DNA of 64,000 nt from Acidobacteriota bacterium. Its GTDB lineage: Bacteria; Acidobacteriota; UBA890; WLXD01. The translations under genes and the position numbers were made by a program. The notes beneath the pieces were generated by a model. The model made no database searches. It was not told the DNA's origin and saw only the letters and a list, made by a program, of their open reading frames with translations. The stretch's first letter is position 1. Every line of letters begins with the position of its first letter. Below, in pieces: positions 33,592 to 43,626 of this stretch. Location of the stretch: positions 32,001 through 96,000 of the forward strand of contig CAXWPH010000002.1 of assembly GCA_963666055.2 (NCBI GenBank). Reading direction: 5' to 3'.

Positions 33592-34242
33592 GTGGTTCGC
33601 GTAAAGGTCTGCTGCATCTCGTCTGTCGACGAGGCGCAGGTGGCTATCCGCGCCGGCGCTTCTGCGGTCGGTCTGGTGTCGGCGATGCCCACCGGCCCGG
33701 GCGTGATCGACGAATCTGAGGTCACCACCATCGCCGCGACGATTCCGCCGGCACTGGGCTCGTTCTTGCTCACTTCGCTGCAATCGGCGCAGGCGATCAT
33801 CACGCAGCAGCGGCGCTGTCGTACGAACACCGTGCAGATCGTCGATCGGTTGCTGCGTGGGACCTACGCCGATCTGCGCGCCGGGATGCCTGGGGTCTCG
33901 GTCGTTCAGGCGATCCACGTGACCGGCGCGGAATCGATCGGCGAGGCCGACGAGGTTGCCCCGCACGTGGACGCCGTGCTGCTGGATTCCGGCAACCCGG
34001 CGCTTGCCGCCAAGCAGCTGGGCGGTACGGGCCGGGTACACGATTGGCGGATCAGTCGCCAGATCCGGGAGCGTCTCGACGTACCGGTGTTTCTTGCTGG
34101 CGGTCTGCGGCCCGGCAACGTGGCCGCGGCGATCGAGGCGGTGCGCCCCTACGGGATCGATGTCTGTAGCGGAGTCCGGTCGAACGACCGGCTCGACCCC
34201 GCCAAGCTCCAAGCGTTCTTGAGTGCCGCCTTCGCCGCCTGA
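33592..34242 (+). CDS. trpF: Phosphoribosylanthranilate isomerase
   Basis: RVKVCCI, DAVLLDSG, GGTGRVHDW, FLAGGLRPGNV, GIDVCSGV. Confidence 0.85.
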   Translation: MVRVKVCCISSVDEAQVAIRAGASAVGLVSAMPTGPGVIDESEVTTIAATIPPALGSFLLTSLQSAQAIITQQRRCRTNTVQIVDRLLRGTYADLRAGMPGVSVVQAIHVTGAESIGEADEVAPHVDAVLLDSGNPALAAKQLGGTGRVHDWRISRQIRERLDVPVFLAGGLRPGNVAAAIEAVRPYGIDVCSGVRSNDRLDPAKLQAFLSAAFAA

Positions 34243-34252
34243 CCCGCCAGGC

Positions 34253-34794
34253 TCAATCGCCGCAGCGTCGCGTCGACGGCGCCAGCTTGGCCCGCCATGC
34301 GGGGTTGAAACGGGCGTGCAGAACCACGTCGAAGCCCTTCCACTGCAAATGGCGCTCGTAGCTCAACCCGAGCTTGCGCATGACGTTTAGCGAGGCGCGG
34401 TTCTCGGGGACGGCGATGGCGACCACCCGTTCCAGGCCGATCTTCTGGAAGCCATGGCGCATCGCACAGCTGGCGGCTTCAGTCGCCAGTCCCCGTCCCC
34501 AGTAGGGCTCGTCGAGCGCCAGCCGATCTCGACCTCGCCGGAGTCGCCGAGGGGCTGTAGGCCGACGTAGCCGGCGGCTTCGATCTCGTCGAGTGGCTGC
34601 AGTGCCCAGAGACAGTAGCCGAGCTCGCGCACGTGTCGCTGCTGTCGGGTGATGAACTCCACCACCCGGGCATCGGTCCAGAATCGTCCGCCGCCAACGT
34701 GGCGCACCACGCTGCGTTTGTTGGTAATGGCGCGGAGTCGAACGCTGTCGGCGTTCTGCCAGGGGCGCAGGCGCAGGCGGTCGGTGCTGAGCAT
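34253..34794 (-). CDS. GNAT N-acetyltransferase (RimJ/RimL type), frameshift near 34517
   Basis: LSTDRLRLRPW...EVEIGW in one frame; LDEPYWGRGLATEAA...N.ASLNVMRKLG in the next. Confidence 0.8.
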
Positions 34795-34951
34795 GGAACA
34801 AGCTTAACCGCGAGCGCCCTTCGCCCGTGCCTCTCGGTGCTGCGGAGGGCGCAGGTGGCGTAGTTGCAGAGGGGCACGTGGCGTATCCTTCCCGCCGGCA
34901 GCCGCATGATCCCCGCTCAGTAGACCCACCCCGAGCCGCCAGGAGGCGACC

Positions 34952-35936
34952 ATGGAGCGACCGCGGATGGATCGCCCGCGTCAGGCAAGGGGGACCCCGT
35001 TCACACGCCAGGCCGGCCGTTTGCTAAAGGCTGGCCTGCTGATCATCGCCGTGGTGCTAGCGGTCGGCTCGCTGCCGGTGATTCTGCTCTGGTTCTGGAC
35101 CGACGACCTGGAGCAACCTAAAACTGCTTCAGTGGCCTACGTCGACGAGGAAATGACAATCCTTAGCGGTGGCGTAGAGCTCGCAGCTCGATTGCGCCTC
35201 CCGGCATTCGGCGGACCCCATCCGGCACTTGTCGTCGCACATGGATCGGGGCGCGTCACTCGCGATCGGTATGCCGAGATCTCCGAGAACCTGGCGACAA
35301 ACGGCTACGCGCTACTCACCTACGACAAGCGCGGGGTGGGTGACTCCGGTGGCACCTACGTAGGCGTTAGCCCGGCCAACAGCGATGAAGTGTTCCGCCA
35401 ACTGTCCGATGACATCATCGCCGGCGTCGAGCTTCTTAAGCGGCGCCCCGACATTCGTGCCGATCGCATCGGTGTATACGGCGTCAGCCAGGGTGGATGG
35501 ATCGCGCCGCTCACCGCGGCAAGATCGTCCGACGTAATCGTTTATGGTCATCGTCTCTGGCCCCACGGTGACGGTGGGCGAGGAGGTCTACTACAGCGAG
35601 CTGAGCGGCGAGCGTGAAGGCGCCGGAGCGGACGCCTCCGACGACCAGTTGTCCGAGCTACTGGCAGCCTACGACGGCCCGCGCGGCTTCGATCCGCTGC
35701 TCGCTCTGGAGGCGATCAATGTCCCGGCGCTGTGGCTGCTGGGCGACGCCGACCGCAGCATCCCGATTCCGGAGACGGTGGCCATTCTCGATCGACTCGC
35801 GGCGTCGGGGAAGCCATACTCGCGGCGAGTGCTCCCGGGCGTCGGCCACGGCATGCGCGATGTTCGCAGTGGCGAGCGCGCACCGGTGTTCGCCCACATC
35901 TTCCCGTGGCTGGTGGCCAACGCCAGCGACCGCTGA
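34952..35936 (+). CDS. Alpha/beta hydrolase, frameshift near 35537
   Basis: HGSG, YDKRGVGDS, GVSQGG nucleophile; removing one A gives DVSFMVIVSGP continuing to GDADRSIP and GVGH. Confidence 0.8.
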
Positions 35937-36122
35937 CCCTTCGATACTGCCCGAGCCTGCCGAGCGGTGCATCTGGCAACGCCGTTCGAGGGTCATTCCG
36001 TGCCGCCGGCTCCCCGCCGCGCCCTTCCAACAGGATTTGCACTCGGCCCATTGCACGATAGGCGATACTGAAGGTCAGGCGCCGTCGTAAGCCTATCCAG
36101 CTCCGGCGCCGGAGGTCGGTCA

Positions 36123-37736
36123 ATGTCTGCTACACCGCGGCGTATTCCCCAGCTCATGTGGGGCCTTTGGGTGCTCGCCCTGGTCGCCATCGTCGTAGTG
36201 CGCTACGTCATCGACGTCGGCGATCGCGGCATGATGAACGGCATCTCCCTCGGGGTTCTGTTCGTTCTCGTCATGCCGCTCACGCTGATCTGGTTCATCT
36301 TCTTCTCGGCATGGCCACGTCGGCTCCGCTTCGGGTCTCTCGGTGCCCTGGTAGTGCTTGGTCTGGGGTTCTCGTGGCTGTTCGAGTTTCAGGGCTTTCG
36401 CAGCGAGATCGTGCCAATTTTCACCTCGCGGTTTGCCCCCCGCGCCGACCCGGCGCCCGAGCTCGTTGCGCCGGGGATCGTGCCAATCGATCTGATCAAC
36501 ACGACGCCCTACGACTTTCCGGGATTTCTGGGTGCGAACCGCGACCTGCGCGTCGACAACGTGATGCTGGCCACCGATTGGGAAGCGCGGCCGCCGGAGC
36601 TGCTGTGGCGACAGCAGATCGGTGCCGGTTGGGCTGGCTTTGCGGTGGTGAACGGCTTCGCCGCTACCCTGGAGGAGCGCGACGGTCGTGAGCTCGTCAC
36701 GCTGTACGACGCGCGCACCGGCAGACTGCTCTGGGAGCGGCAGCTGGGTGGTGAGTACAACCACGTGCTCGCTGGCCGCGGTCCGCGTAGCACTCCGACG
36801 ATCGATGAAGGCAACGTGTACGCGCTCGGCGTGTGGGGCAACCTGGTCGCTCTCGATGGCACCACCGGCGACCTGCTCTGGGAGCACGACCTGCTCGCCG
36901 AGTACGGCATTTCATTGGCGGAAGAGGTGCAGGCGATCCAGTACGGCCGCTCCAACTCGCCTCTGATCGTGCGCGACATGCTGATCATCGGTGTTGGCGG
37001 ATCTCGGGCTCGCCGCGTGTCCGTCGCCGCGTACGACAAGCACACCGGCGATGTGATCTGGGAGGCGGGCCAGCGCCAGGTCAGTATGGCGTCGCCGCGG
37101 CTTGCTCAGCTCGGCGGCCGTGAGCAGATTCTGCTGGTCAACCAGAACGCCGTGAGCGGCCACGATCCGGATAGCGGTACGGTGCTCTGGGAGTTCGACT
37201 GGCCCGGCATCACGCCGGCCGACTCCAATGTGTCGCAGGCGGTGCCAGTTGGATCGAACCGCGTGTTCGTCTCCAAGGGCTACGGCGGCGGCGCCGCGCT
37301 TTACCAGCTCGACGCCCGGCCCGACGGGACATTCAATGCCCGCCAGCTCTGGCACCAGCCGCGCGTGCTGCGCACCAAGATCACCAACGTCGCCATGCGC
37401 GACGGCTACGTCTACGGTCTGTCCGAGGGCATCCTCGAATGCGTCGATCTAGCCACCGGCGAGCGCGTCTGGAAGGCTGGTCGTTACCACCACGGCCAGA
37501 TCCTCATGGTGGGCGAGGTGCTGCTCGTTCTCACCGAGGACGGCGAGCTGGTGATGGTCGAAGTCTCGCCTGAGAATCGCAACAATGTCCTTGGCCGTTT
37601 CCAGGCGATCAACGGGCATACCTGGAACAACTTCGCCCTCTATGGCGACATCTTGTTGGTGCGCAACGGGCAGGAGGCGGCCGCGTATCGGTTGCCGGTT
37701 GCCGGTGGGCTGGAGCTCATCGCCGACTCGCGATGA
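36123..37736 (+). CDS. Membrane-anchored PQQ-like beta-propeller protein (BamB-like)
   Basis: Three N-terminal TMs, FPGFLG..R, repeated D..TG...W motifs, GPRSTPTI. Confidence 0.82.
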   Translation: MSATPRRIPQLMWGLWVLALVAIVVVRYVIDVGDRGMMNGISLGVLFVLVMPLTLIWFIFFSAWPRRLRFGSLGALVVLGLGFSWLFEFQGFRSEIVPIFTSRFAPRADPAPELVAPGIVPIDLINTTPYDFPGFLGANRDLRVDNVMLATDWEARPPELLWRQQIGAGWAGFAVVNGFAATLEERDGRELVTLYDARTGRLLWERQLGGEYNHVLAGRGPRSTPTIDEGNVYALGVWGNLVALDGTTGDLLWEHDLLAEYGISLAEEVQAIQYGRSNSPLIVRDMLIIGVGGSRARRVSVAAYDKHTGDVIWEAGQRQVSMASPRLAQLGGREQILLVNQNAVSGHDPDSGTVLWEFDWPGITPADSNVSQAVPVGSNRVFVSKGYGGGAALYQLDARPDGTFNARQLWHQPRVLRTKITNVAMRDGYVYGLSEGILECVDLATGERVWKAGRYHHGQILMVGEVLLVLTEDGELVMVEVSPENRNNVLGRFQAINGHTWNNFALYGDILLVRNGQEAAAYRLPVAGGLELIADSR

Positions 37737-37829
37737 GCGCAGCCGTGATCGAGGGCGCCAGTCGGGTGAGCTACCGCGACACCTCGATGCTTCACTGACC
37801 GACCTGCTCGTGAACCCGGGCTCGCGAAG

Positions 37830-37854
37830 TTAGTGTCCTGAGTCAGGACATTAG
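37830..37854. repeat. Short palindrome TAGTGTCCTGA-G-TCAGGACATTA
   Basis: 11-bp arms with one mismatch, in the intergenic gap between convergent genes. Confidence 0.7.
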
Positions 37855-38029
37855 TCGCCCAGCAGTTGGAGCAACAGCTCCCTTCGCAGCGCCTTCGAGT
37901 CGGCGGGGCGAAGCAGGAACGGCTCGACGTTTTCGCGCACGAGATTTCAATCGACCGACCGCACTTGGTCCACCGTGACGCGCCGCCAGCTGTCTTCCGA
38001 GATCGTCGTGCCTGCATGAACACATAGAA

Positions 38030-39448
38030 CTACGGAACCAGGTCTCGAACTCTGATCTCGCGGCCCCAACGCTCAGCGCCGTCCTGGTCGACGAGGGTGA
38101 TGGTGAGCACCCGGTCGGTGCGTGGGCCCTCGACGTGGAGCAGGGCGAAGTTGTGATCCTGCAGCAGCGTGCCGTCGATGCGAAGTGTGTTGTTCTCGGT
38201 CTCGCCGCGATAGACGCCGGCGGTGAGCGGCGACACGGTGAGGTCGTAAAGCGGGTACAGCCCGGGTCGTTCGAGCATGCTCAGCTCGGTGCGATGGCGA
38301 TCGCCGGTGAGGAAGAACACGCCAGGAATACGCTCGGCCTCGAGCAGTCGGAGGATGCGTTCGCGCTCTTCGGGGAACGTGGCGAAGGTCTCGAAGCCGT
38401 CGTGCGGATTGAGGAACTGGCCGCCGACCGCAACGAACTTCAGGGTCGCGGTGCTAGAGACCAGCGTGTCGATGAGCCATTCGACTTGCGCGTCGCCGAG
38501 CATGGTGCGCTTGCCGGTGACCCGGTCGTTGGGGCTGCGGTTGGTACGGTTGTCTAGCAGCACAAAGAGAGTGTCGGCCCACTCGAACACAGTGGTGATG
38601 CCCGGAACCCCCGCCACGCCGTGCGACGGATTGGGCCAAAACAGCTCGAATGCCTCGCGTGTAAGGTTGTTGCCCCAATAACTTCGGTCGGAGTTGTCGG
38701 GGCCGTAGTCGTGATCGTCCCAGATGGCGTAGTGGTGCGTCGATGCGAGCAGCGGTTGCAGCCCGGGGTAGGCACGCGTATGCGAATAGCGGTGCAGGAT
38801 GCCCGAGCGCGAGTTCCAGTCGGCCTCCCGCAGGTAGGTATTGTCGCCCAACCACACCATCGCGTCGGCGCGGCGCGCATGCAGGTGCTCGAGGATCTGG
38901 AAGTCGCCACCGTACGGCGGCGGCGGCCGGTCGAGCGCCTCCTCGTTGACATAGAAACAGCTCGCCACCGCGATCGTGAACGGCGGCGGATCGTGTCGCC
39001 AGTGCCACAGCTCCTGGCTGGTGAAGGTTGTCGGGTAGGGGAGGGCTACGGGAGCGCCGGCGACCAAGACCTCGTAGTCGTAACGCGTGCCCGGCGCCAA
39101 GCCTTCTGCGAGTAGCGTTGCCGTGTTGGCCGTCGCGGCAGCAGTATCGACCGTGGCGGTGAGCGCTCGCGCGGCCTCGTCGCCCTGCGGCCAATATGCG
39201 ATCTGCACGCTCGTCGACTCGATAGTCTGGACCCAGATGGCGACCTCGGTCATCTGCGAGTAGCCGAGCATCGGGCCGGCTCGCAGTGCCGCGCTCTGCG
39301 CCCCCGGGCGGGCCTCGGCCGCGGCCGTCACGGTGACCAGCGACACGAGCGCCGTGCCAGCGACGATGGTTTGGCCGGCCAGGGCCAGCCGTTGCCGCCA
39401 GCGCTGCAGTCGCGATGCACGGACCTTGGAGCGGTCGACCAGTTTCAT
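38030..39448 (-). CDS. phoD: Alkaline phosphatase D family protein
   Basis: GPMLG, GL.PGTRYDY, WLGDNTY, IWDDHDYGPDNS, LDNRT, LTGDRH. Confidence 0.82.
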   Translation of the reverse strand: MKLVDRSKVRASRLQRWRQRLALAGQTIVAGTALVSLVTVTAAAEARPGAQSAALRAGPMLGYSQMTEVAIWVQTIESTSVQIAYWPQGDEAARALTATVDTAAATANTATLLAEGLAPGTRYDYEVLVAGAPVALPYPTTFTSQELWHWRHDPPPFTIAVASCFYVNEEALDRPPPPYGGDFQILEHLHARRADAMVWLGDNTYLREADWNSRSGILHRYSHTRAYPGLQPLLASTHHYAIWDDHDYGPDNSDRSYWGNNLTREAFELFWPNPSHGVAGVPGITTVFEWADTLFVLLDNRTNRSPNDRVTGKRTMLGDAQVEWLIDTLVSSTATLKFVAVGGQFLNPHDGFETFATFPEERERILRLLEAERIPGVFFLTGDRHRTELSMLERPGLYPLYDLTVSPLTAGVYRGETENNTLRIDGTLLQDHNFALLHVEGPRTDRVLTITLVDQDGAERWGREIRVRDLVP

Positions 39449-41631
39449 TGCTCAACTCCATCGGACGAGAATCGGACGCTGAGCGCTTCTGTCAACTCGT
39501 CGACCCGCCGCGACAGCTCGCCGATGGTGTTGGTATACACCGTTTCCCAGAAGGCCAGCTGGTCGGGGTTGTCGGTCTCGATCTCGTAACGCAGGCCTGG
39601 GAGCATCCACGACGCGTAGCCGCTGAAGGGGTCTGGCGAAGCGTAGAGCGATCGGTACCAGGGGCGCTCCTGGAGTCCTTCCTCGTGCAGCAGGGTTCGT
39701 TCGAGCGATAGCAGCAGGCGGTTGATGGCGCGAAGCTCGACGTCAGGGAAGCGCAACTGAACGACGGCCTTATCGCGTGCCGCGACGTAGCGACTCGACG
39801 CCTCAGCCAGTCGCCGCGTCGCCGCCGACAGGTCGTCCAAGCGCACCTCGATGTCGTGCTCAGCGGCGAGCTCGCGCAGGGTGTTCGTGTGCGTCTCGAG
39901 GTCTGTGGCATAGCGCTCGACGTCGTAGGGGAGCACATCGGCGTTGGCCAGCCGCAGCGCCAGCACGCCGTCTAGCCGCGCCAGCGTCGGGCCGTAGATG
40001 AACTCGTTGTCGCCGAAGCGTTCGTACCAAGCGAAGTTGTCGTAGTTGGAATGGTAGACGCCACCGTCGCCGCCGAACCCGAGGGATCCCGACGGCACCC
40101 CGACATGGGCATAGAAGCCGACGTGATCGGAGCCGCCGCCGAGGTCGCCGATGCGCGGTCCGTCCTGTTCCGAGGCGCGAAGCCACTCGCCATAAACCGT
40201 CGTGCTGGTCTTCGGATAGTCGACTGCCTTGGTGACCTCGATGATCAATCCTTTGAGCGAAGGCGAGGCCGACGAGCCGAACCGGGGTCCCGACACCGCC
40301 GAGTCGGCGTTGATGTAGGCGATTGCCCTGGCGTCGAGCTCGTCGCGGAACTGCTCGACCCATTCAGAGGATCCGATGATGCCGTACTCCTCGGCGTCCC
40401 AGTGGGCGATCAGAATCGAGCGGCGCGGCTGACAGCCGTTCGCAGCCAGCTCGCCGAGCGCCTCGGCCATGGTCAGCAACATCGCCGTGCCACCGTTGGG
40501 ATCGACGGCGCCGAATCCCCAGGGGTCGTAGTGCGATCCGAAGATGACCCATTCGTCGGGTAGCTCTGCGCCGCGAACCGTTCCAACAACGTTCACGGCG
40601 CGGGTCAGCGCCTTCGGCTGGTTCACCCGCACACGGACCGTCAAATCATTGCCGCCGGTGAGCCGATACGGCACGTCGAGGCCGCCGTGCCACTCCTCCG
40701 GAGCTACCTCTCCGGTCATCCGCTCGAGGATCTGCAATGCTGCACCGTAGCCGAGGGGTAGCACCGGAATCGTGTGGAGGGCCACCTCGGACGGATCGAG
40801 TCGGTTGACCTCGATGCCGGAGTCGATCGGGTAGGCGGGCTCGAACGGTGTTAGCGGGTCGCCTTCGTAGCTGAGTGTCAGCACCGAGCCGCGCTGGATC
40901 GTACCGGCGCTCATGTTCGGTCCCTGTGGGTACTCGTCGATCCCCATCGCCTCGCCAGGATCGTTGAACATGATCACGCCGGCGGCGCCGTGCTCCTGTG
41001 CGAACTTCACCTTGTAGCCGCGGTAGTTGCCCCCGTATCGCGCGATTACTACCTTGCCGGTGATCGATATACCCATGTCGCCGAGGTGGTCGAAGTCCTC
41101 CTGGCGGCCGAAGTTGGCGTATACGACCTGCGCGGTGACGTCGCCCGAGCCTGAATAGGCGTTCCAGCCATTGAGCAGATCCGGATGGCCCGAGAAGCGA
41201 TCCTCGGGCAGCGCCGGCTCCTGATTCGACAACGGCACGGGCTCGGGGGTGACGATCTCGGCGTTCACTTCGTCGGTGAGTTGTGGCAGGTAGACGTCGT
41301 AGGGGTAGCGCTCGACCTCGAGCCCGGCGTCCTCCATCACCTGCGCTAGATAATCCTCCACGTCGCGTTGGGCTGCTGACCCTGCCGGATGTGGTACCCG
41401 GGTAATAGCCTCCAGGTGCCCGCGGAACTGCGCCGGGCGTGGAAGCGCCATCAGCCGAGCCTCGCAGGCCAGCTGTGCCTCGACGTGCCGCGGCGCGAAC
41501 CCCGTCGGTGGGTCCATCAAGGCCGCTTGACCGGAGGTAGTTCCGGAGACGACCGCAGCGGTCCAGCAAGCGACTGCGGCGAGAACGCCAGCGGAGGCGT
41601 GGAGAGCTCCCCTATGGGGCATCATCGGCAT
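39445..41631 (-). CDS. M28 peptidase, glutamate carboxypeptidase II / transferrin-receptor-like
   Basis: PHPAGS, PA domain (VVYANFG, RYG...RG.KV), GSHYDPW, DPNGGTA, WDAEEYG, GGGSDH, YHSNYD. Confidence 0.88.
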   Translation of the reverse strand: MPMMPHRGALHASAGVLAAVACWTAAVVSGTTSGQAALMDPPTGFAPRHVEAQLACEARLMALPRPAQFRGHLEAITRVPHPAGSAAQRDVEDYLAQVMEDAGLEVERYPYDVYLPQLTDEVNAEIVTPEPVPLSNQEPALPEDRFSGHPDLLNGWNAYSGSGDVTAQVVYANFGRQEDFDHLGDMGISITGKVVIARYGGNYRGYKVKFAQEHGAAGVIMFNDPGEAMGIDEYPQGPNMSAGTIQRGSVLTLSYEGDPLTPFEPAYPIDSGIEVNRLDPSEVALHTIPVLPLGYGAALQILERMTGEVAPEEWHGGLDVPYRLTGGNDLTVRVRVNQPKALTRAVNVVGTVRGAELPDEWVIFGSHYDPWGFGAVDPNGGTAMLLTMAEALGELAANGCQPRRSILIAHWDAEEYGIIGSSEWVEQFRDELDARAIAYINADSAVSGPRFGSSASPSLKGLIIEVTKAVDYPKTSTTVYGEWLRASEQDGPRIGDLGGGSDHVGFYAHVGVPSGSLGFGGDGGVYHSNYDNFAWYERFGDNEFIYGPTLARLDGVLALRLANADVLPYDVERYATDLETHTNTLRELAAEHDIEVRLDDLSAATRRLAEASSRYVAARDKAVVQLRFPDVELRAINRLLLSLERTLLHEEGLQERPWYRSLYASPDPFSGYASWMLPGLRYEIETDNPDQLAFWETVYTNTIGELSRRVDELTEALSVRFSSDGVEQ

Positions 41632-41677
41632 TGGATCGACTCGGTGCTGCAGAATTCGGGCGGCTACGTCCGGGCGG

Positions 41678-41989
41678 TTATCCCGATGGGTAACTGTACC
41701 GGATCAACACGATCACCCAAGCTACCGCGGCGCTGGTCACAATGGACCCCGCCAATAGCTTCCCGACGCGGCTCAGACGCCATCCGTCGAACAGCACTCG
41801 CGGAAAGTTGAGGCCGACAACCTCGATCAGCGCCGCGAGCGCGTAGACACCAATCGGTACGCGGTTGTCACCGTGCTCGAGATCGTGGCGAAGGCGTTCG
41901 TAGCACGCCGGCTCGAACACCCGTTCGCGAATGTCTTCCGGTAGCAGGGTACCTAGCCGTTGCCAGAGCGGCGCCGCTGGCTCAGGCAC
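41678..41989 (-). CDS. Small PadR-partner membrane protein
   Basis: Overlaps the padR stop; LLPEDIRERVFEP motif and C-terminal TM. Confidence 0.6.
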   Translation of the reverse strand: MPEPAAPLWQRLGTLLPEDIRERVFEPACYERLRHDLEHGDNRVPIGVYALAALIEVVGLNFPRVLFDGWRLSRVGKLLAGSIVTSAAVAWVIVLIRYSYPSG

Positions 41990-42308
41990 GAGCGGCCTCG
42001 CCGGAGTCGCCGAAGCGATCGATGACCTTCAGATGAAACTCGCGGTTTCGGTTCCAAGTCGACACACCGCTGGCCAGCAGCTCGTAGTTGCGCTCGCGGA
42101 TGATCTGGCCGCTGACGATCTCCTGCGAGTACCAGCCTCTTATGTGGCCGGCTTCCTCGAGTCGAGACATCAGCTGGTAGAAACCCGGGCCCGTTTTTCG
42201 AGCGCCGAACTCGGCCAGGCGCGCGCGTATGACTCGCCCACTGAGCGGTCCGGCACGAAGCGCTCCGAGCACCACGAACTGCAGATTGGATAGACGCGGT
42301 AGAGCCAT
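41982..42308 (-). CDS. PadR family transcriptional regulator
   Basis: QFVVLGAL..GPLSG, GPGFYQLMSRLEEAGHI, RERNYELLASG winged-helix pattern. Confidence 0.82.
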   Translation of the reverse strand: MALPRLSNLQFVVLGALRAGPLSGRVIRARLAEFGARKTGPGFYQLMSRLEEAGHIRGWYSQEIVSGQIIRERNYELLASGVSTWNRNREFHLKVIDRFGDSGEAARA

Positions 42309-42321
42309 TTGATTCTTGTTC

Positions 42322-42350
42322 TAGTAATATAATACTAAGTTATGTTACTA
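42322..42350. promoter_or_regulatory. AT-rich inverted repeat, candidate PadR operator in a divergent promoter
   Basis: TAGTAATATAA-N7-TTATGTTACTA (10/11 match) between padR and the DoxX gene. Confidence 0.55.
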
Positions 42351-42391
42351 CTAATTATATCAGCCTTCACCATCTTCAGAGTTCAAGCGCC

Positions 42392-42757
42392 ATGTCAAAA
42401 CGCTGGTCCACCGTCGCCTCCTGGGCGCTCGCGCTGCTGCTCGGAGCGCTTTTCGTGCTTGCTGGCGCCGGCAAGTTCCTCGATTTCGGGAGAAACGCCC
42501 GAGCCTTCGCGAACTGGGGATATGCCAGTTGGTTCGTGATCGTCATCGGCGGCCTCGAGACACTCGGCGGCGTACTCGTTTTCGTGCCACGGCTGGCGTC
42601 GTATGGCGCCATGGTTATCACGGTGGTGATGATGGGGGCCGCCTACACACACGCGAGCACCGGCATCGGCTCGCCGGTCGGCGCGTTGATCATCATTGGT
42701 TTGGCGGCGATTCTGGCGCGGCTGCGCTGGGCGGATAGGCGCCCCTTCAACGTCTGA
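42392..42757 (+). CDS. DoxX family membrane protein
   Basis: LFVLAGAGKF, FANWGY, IGGLE.LGG, MMGAAYTH. Confidence 0.85.
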   Translation: MSKRWSTVASWALALLLGALFVLAGAGKFLDFGRNARAFANWGYASWFVIVIGGLETLGGVLVFVPRLASYGAMVITVVMMGAAYTHASTGIGSPVGALIIIGLAAILARLRWADRRPFNV

Positions 42758-42894
42758 CCCGGGGTAAGCAGCCAGGCTGCTGCCGCTGCGCCGGCGCCAG
42801 CGGTACCCTGTTCGCGAACCGCTCGGCGCGCCGATGCTCGCGGCGCCCCGATCGGCCTGCCGACGCGTTGTTTTCTATCGAAGACGCCGATGGA

Positions 42895-43626
42895 ATGCCG
42901 ATGACCCAGCAGTTGTTCCAACTCGACGCCTACGTACGCCGGTTCGACGCCGTCGTGCAGAGCATCGATGCAGAGCAATGCGCCGTGGTTCTGAACCGCA
43001 CGGCATTCTACGCCGGGGGCGGCGGGCAGCCGTGTGACCTCGGCTCGCTTCAGTTCGGCAGTCGCGCAGTCGAGGTCGCGAAAGTTCGACGCGTCGGCAC
43101 GGACATCGTGCACACCCTGGGCGGCCCGATGCCACCGGTGGGCGAAATGGTGCACGGCATGATCGATTGGAGTCGCCGGCATGCGCTCATGCGAACCCAC
43201 ACCGCGCTGCATATTCTGTGTGGTGTGGTGTGGCGCGACTACGGCGCCCAGGTCACCGGCGGCAGCATGCATCCGTTGCGCGGACGGCTGGACTTCGAGT
43301 TCGAGGCGCTGAGCGCGGAGCTGGCTTGCGAGATCGAAGAAAAACTCAACGTGGAAGTTGATGCGGCGCGCGATATCAAGGTGGCGATTCTGCCTCGCGC
43401 GGAGGCTTTCCGAATCCCCGATTTGATTCGCACCAAGGTCAATCTGCTGCCCGAGAGCCTTAGGGAGATTCGCACCGTGGAGATCGTCGGGCTCGACTTG
43501 CAGGCCGATGGCGGCACCCACGTGGCCAACACCCGAGAGGTGGGTCGCATCCGGATTACCGGGCACAGGAACAAGGGGCGCATCAACAAGCGTATCGAGA
43601 TCGAGTTAGCATCACGGAGGCCATGA
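42895..43626 (+). CDS. alaX: Alanyl-tRNA editing protein AlaX
   Basis: TAFYAGGGGQPCDLG, MRTHTALH, DLQADGGTHV. Confidence 0.88.
   Translation: MPMTQQLFQLDAYVRRFDAVVQSIDAEQCAVVLNRTAFYAGGGGQPCDLGSLQFGSRAVEVAKVRRVGTDIVHTLGGPMPPVGEMVHGMIDWSRRHALMRTHTALHILCGVVWRDYGAQVTGGSMHPLRGRLDFEFEALSAELACEIEEKLNVEVDAARDIKVAILPRAEAFRIPDLIRTKVNLLPESLREIRTVEIVGLDLQADGGTHVANTREVGRIRITGHRNKGRINKRIEIELASRRP

Noticed and set aside
35934-36080. Imperfect inverted repeats TGACCCTTCGA...TCGAGGGTCA
   Set aside because: Short, lacks the shared core and the CTAG anchor; not distinguishable from chance
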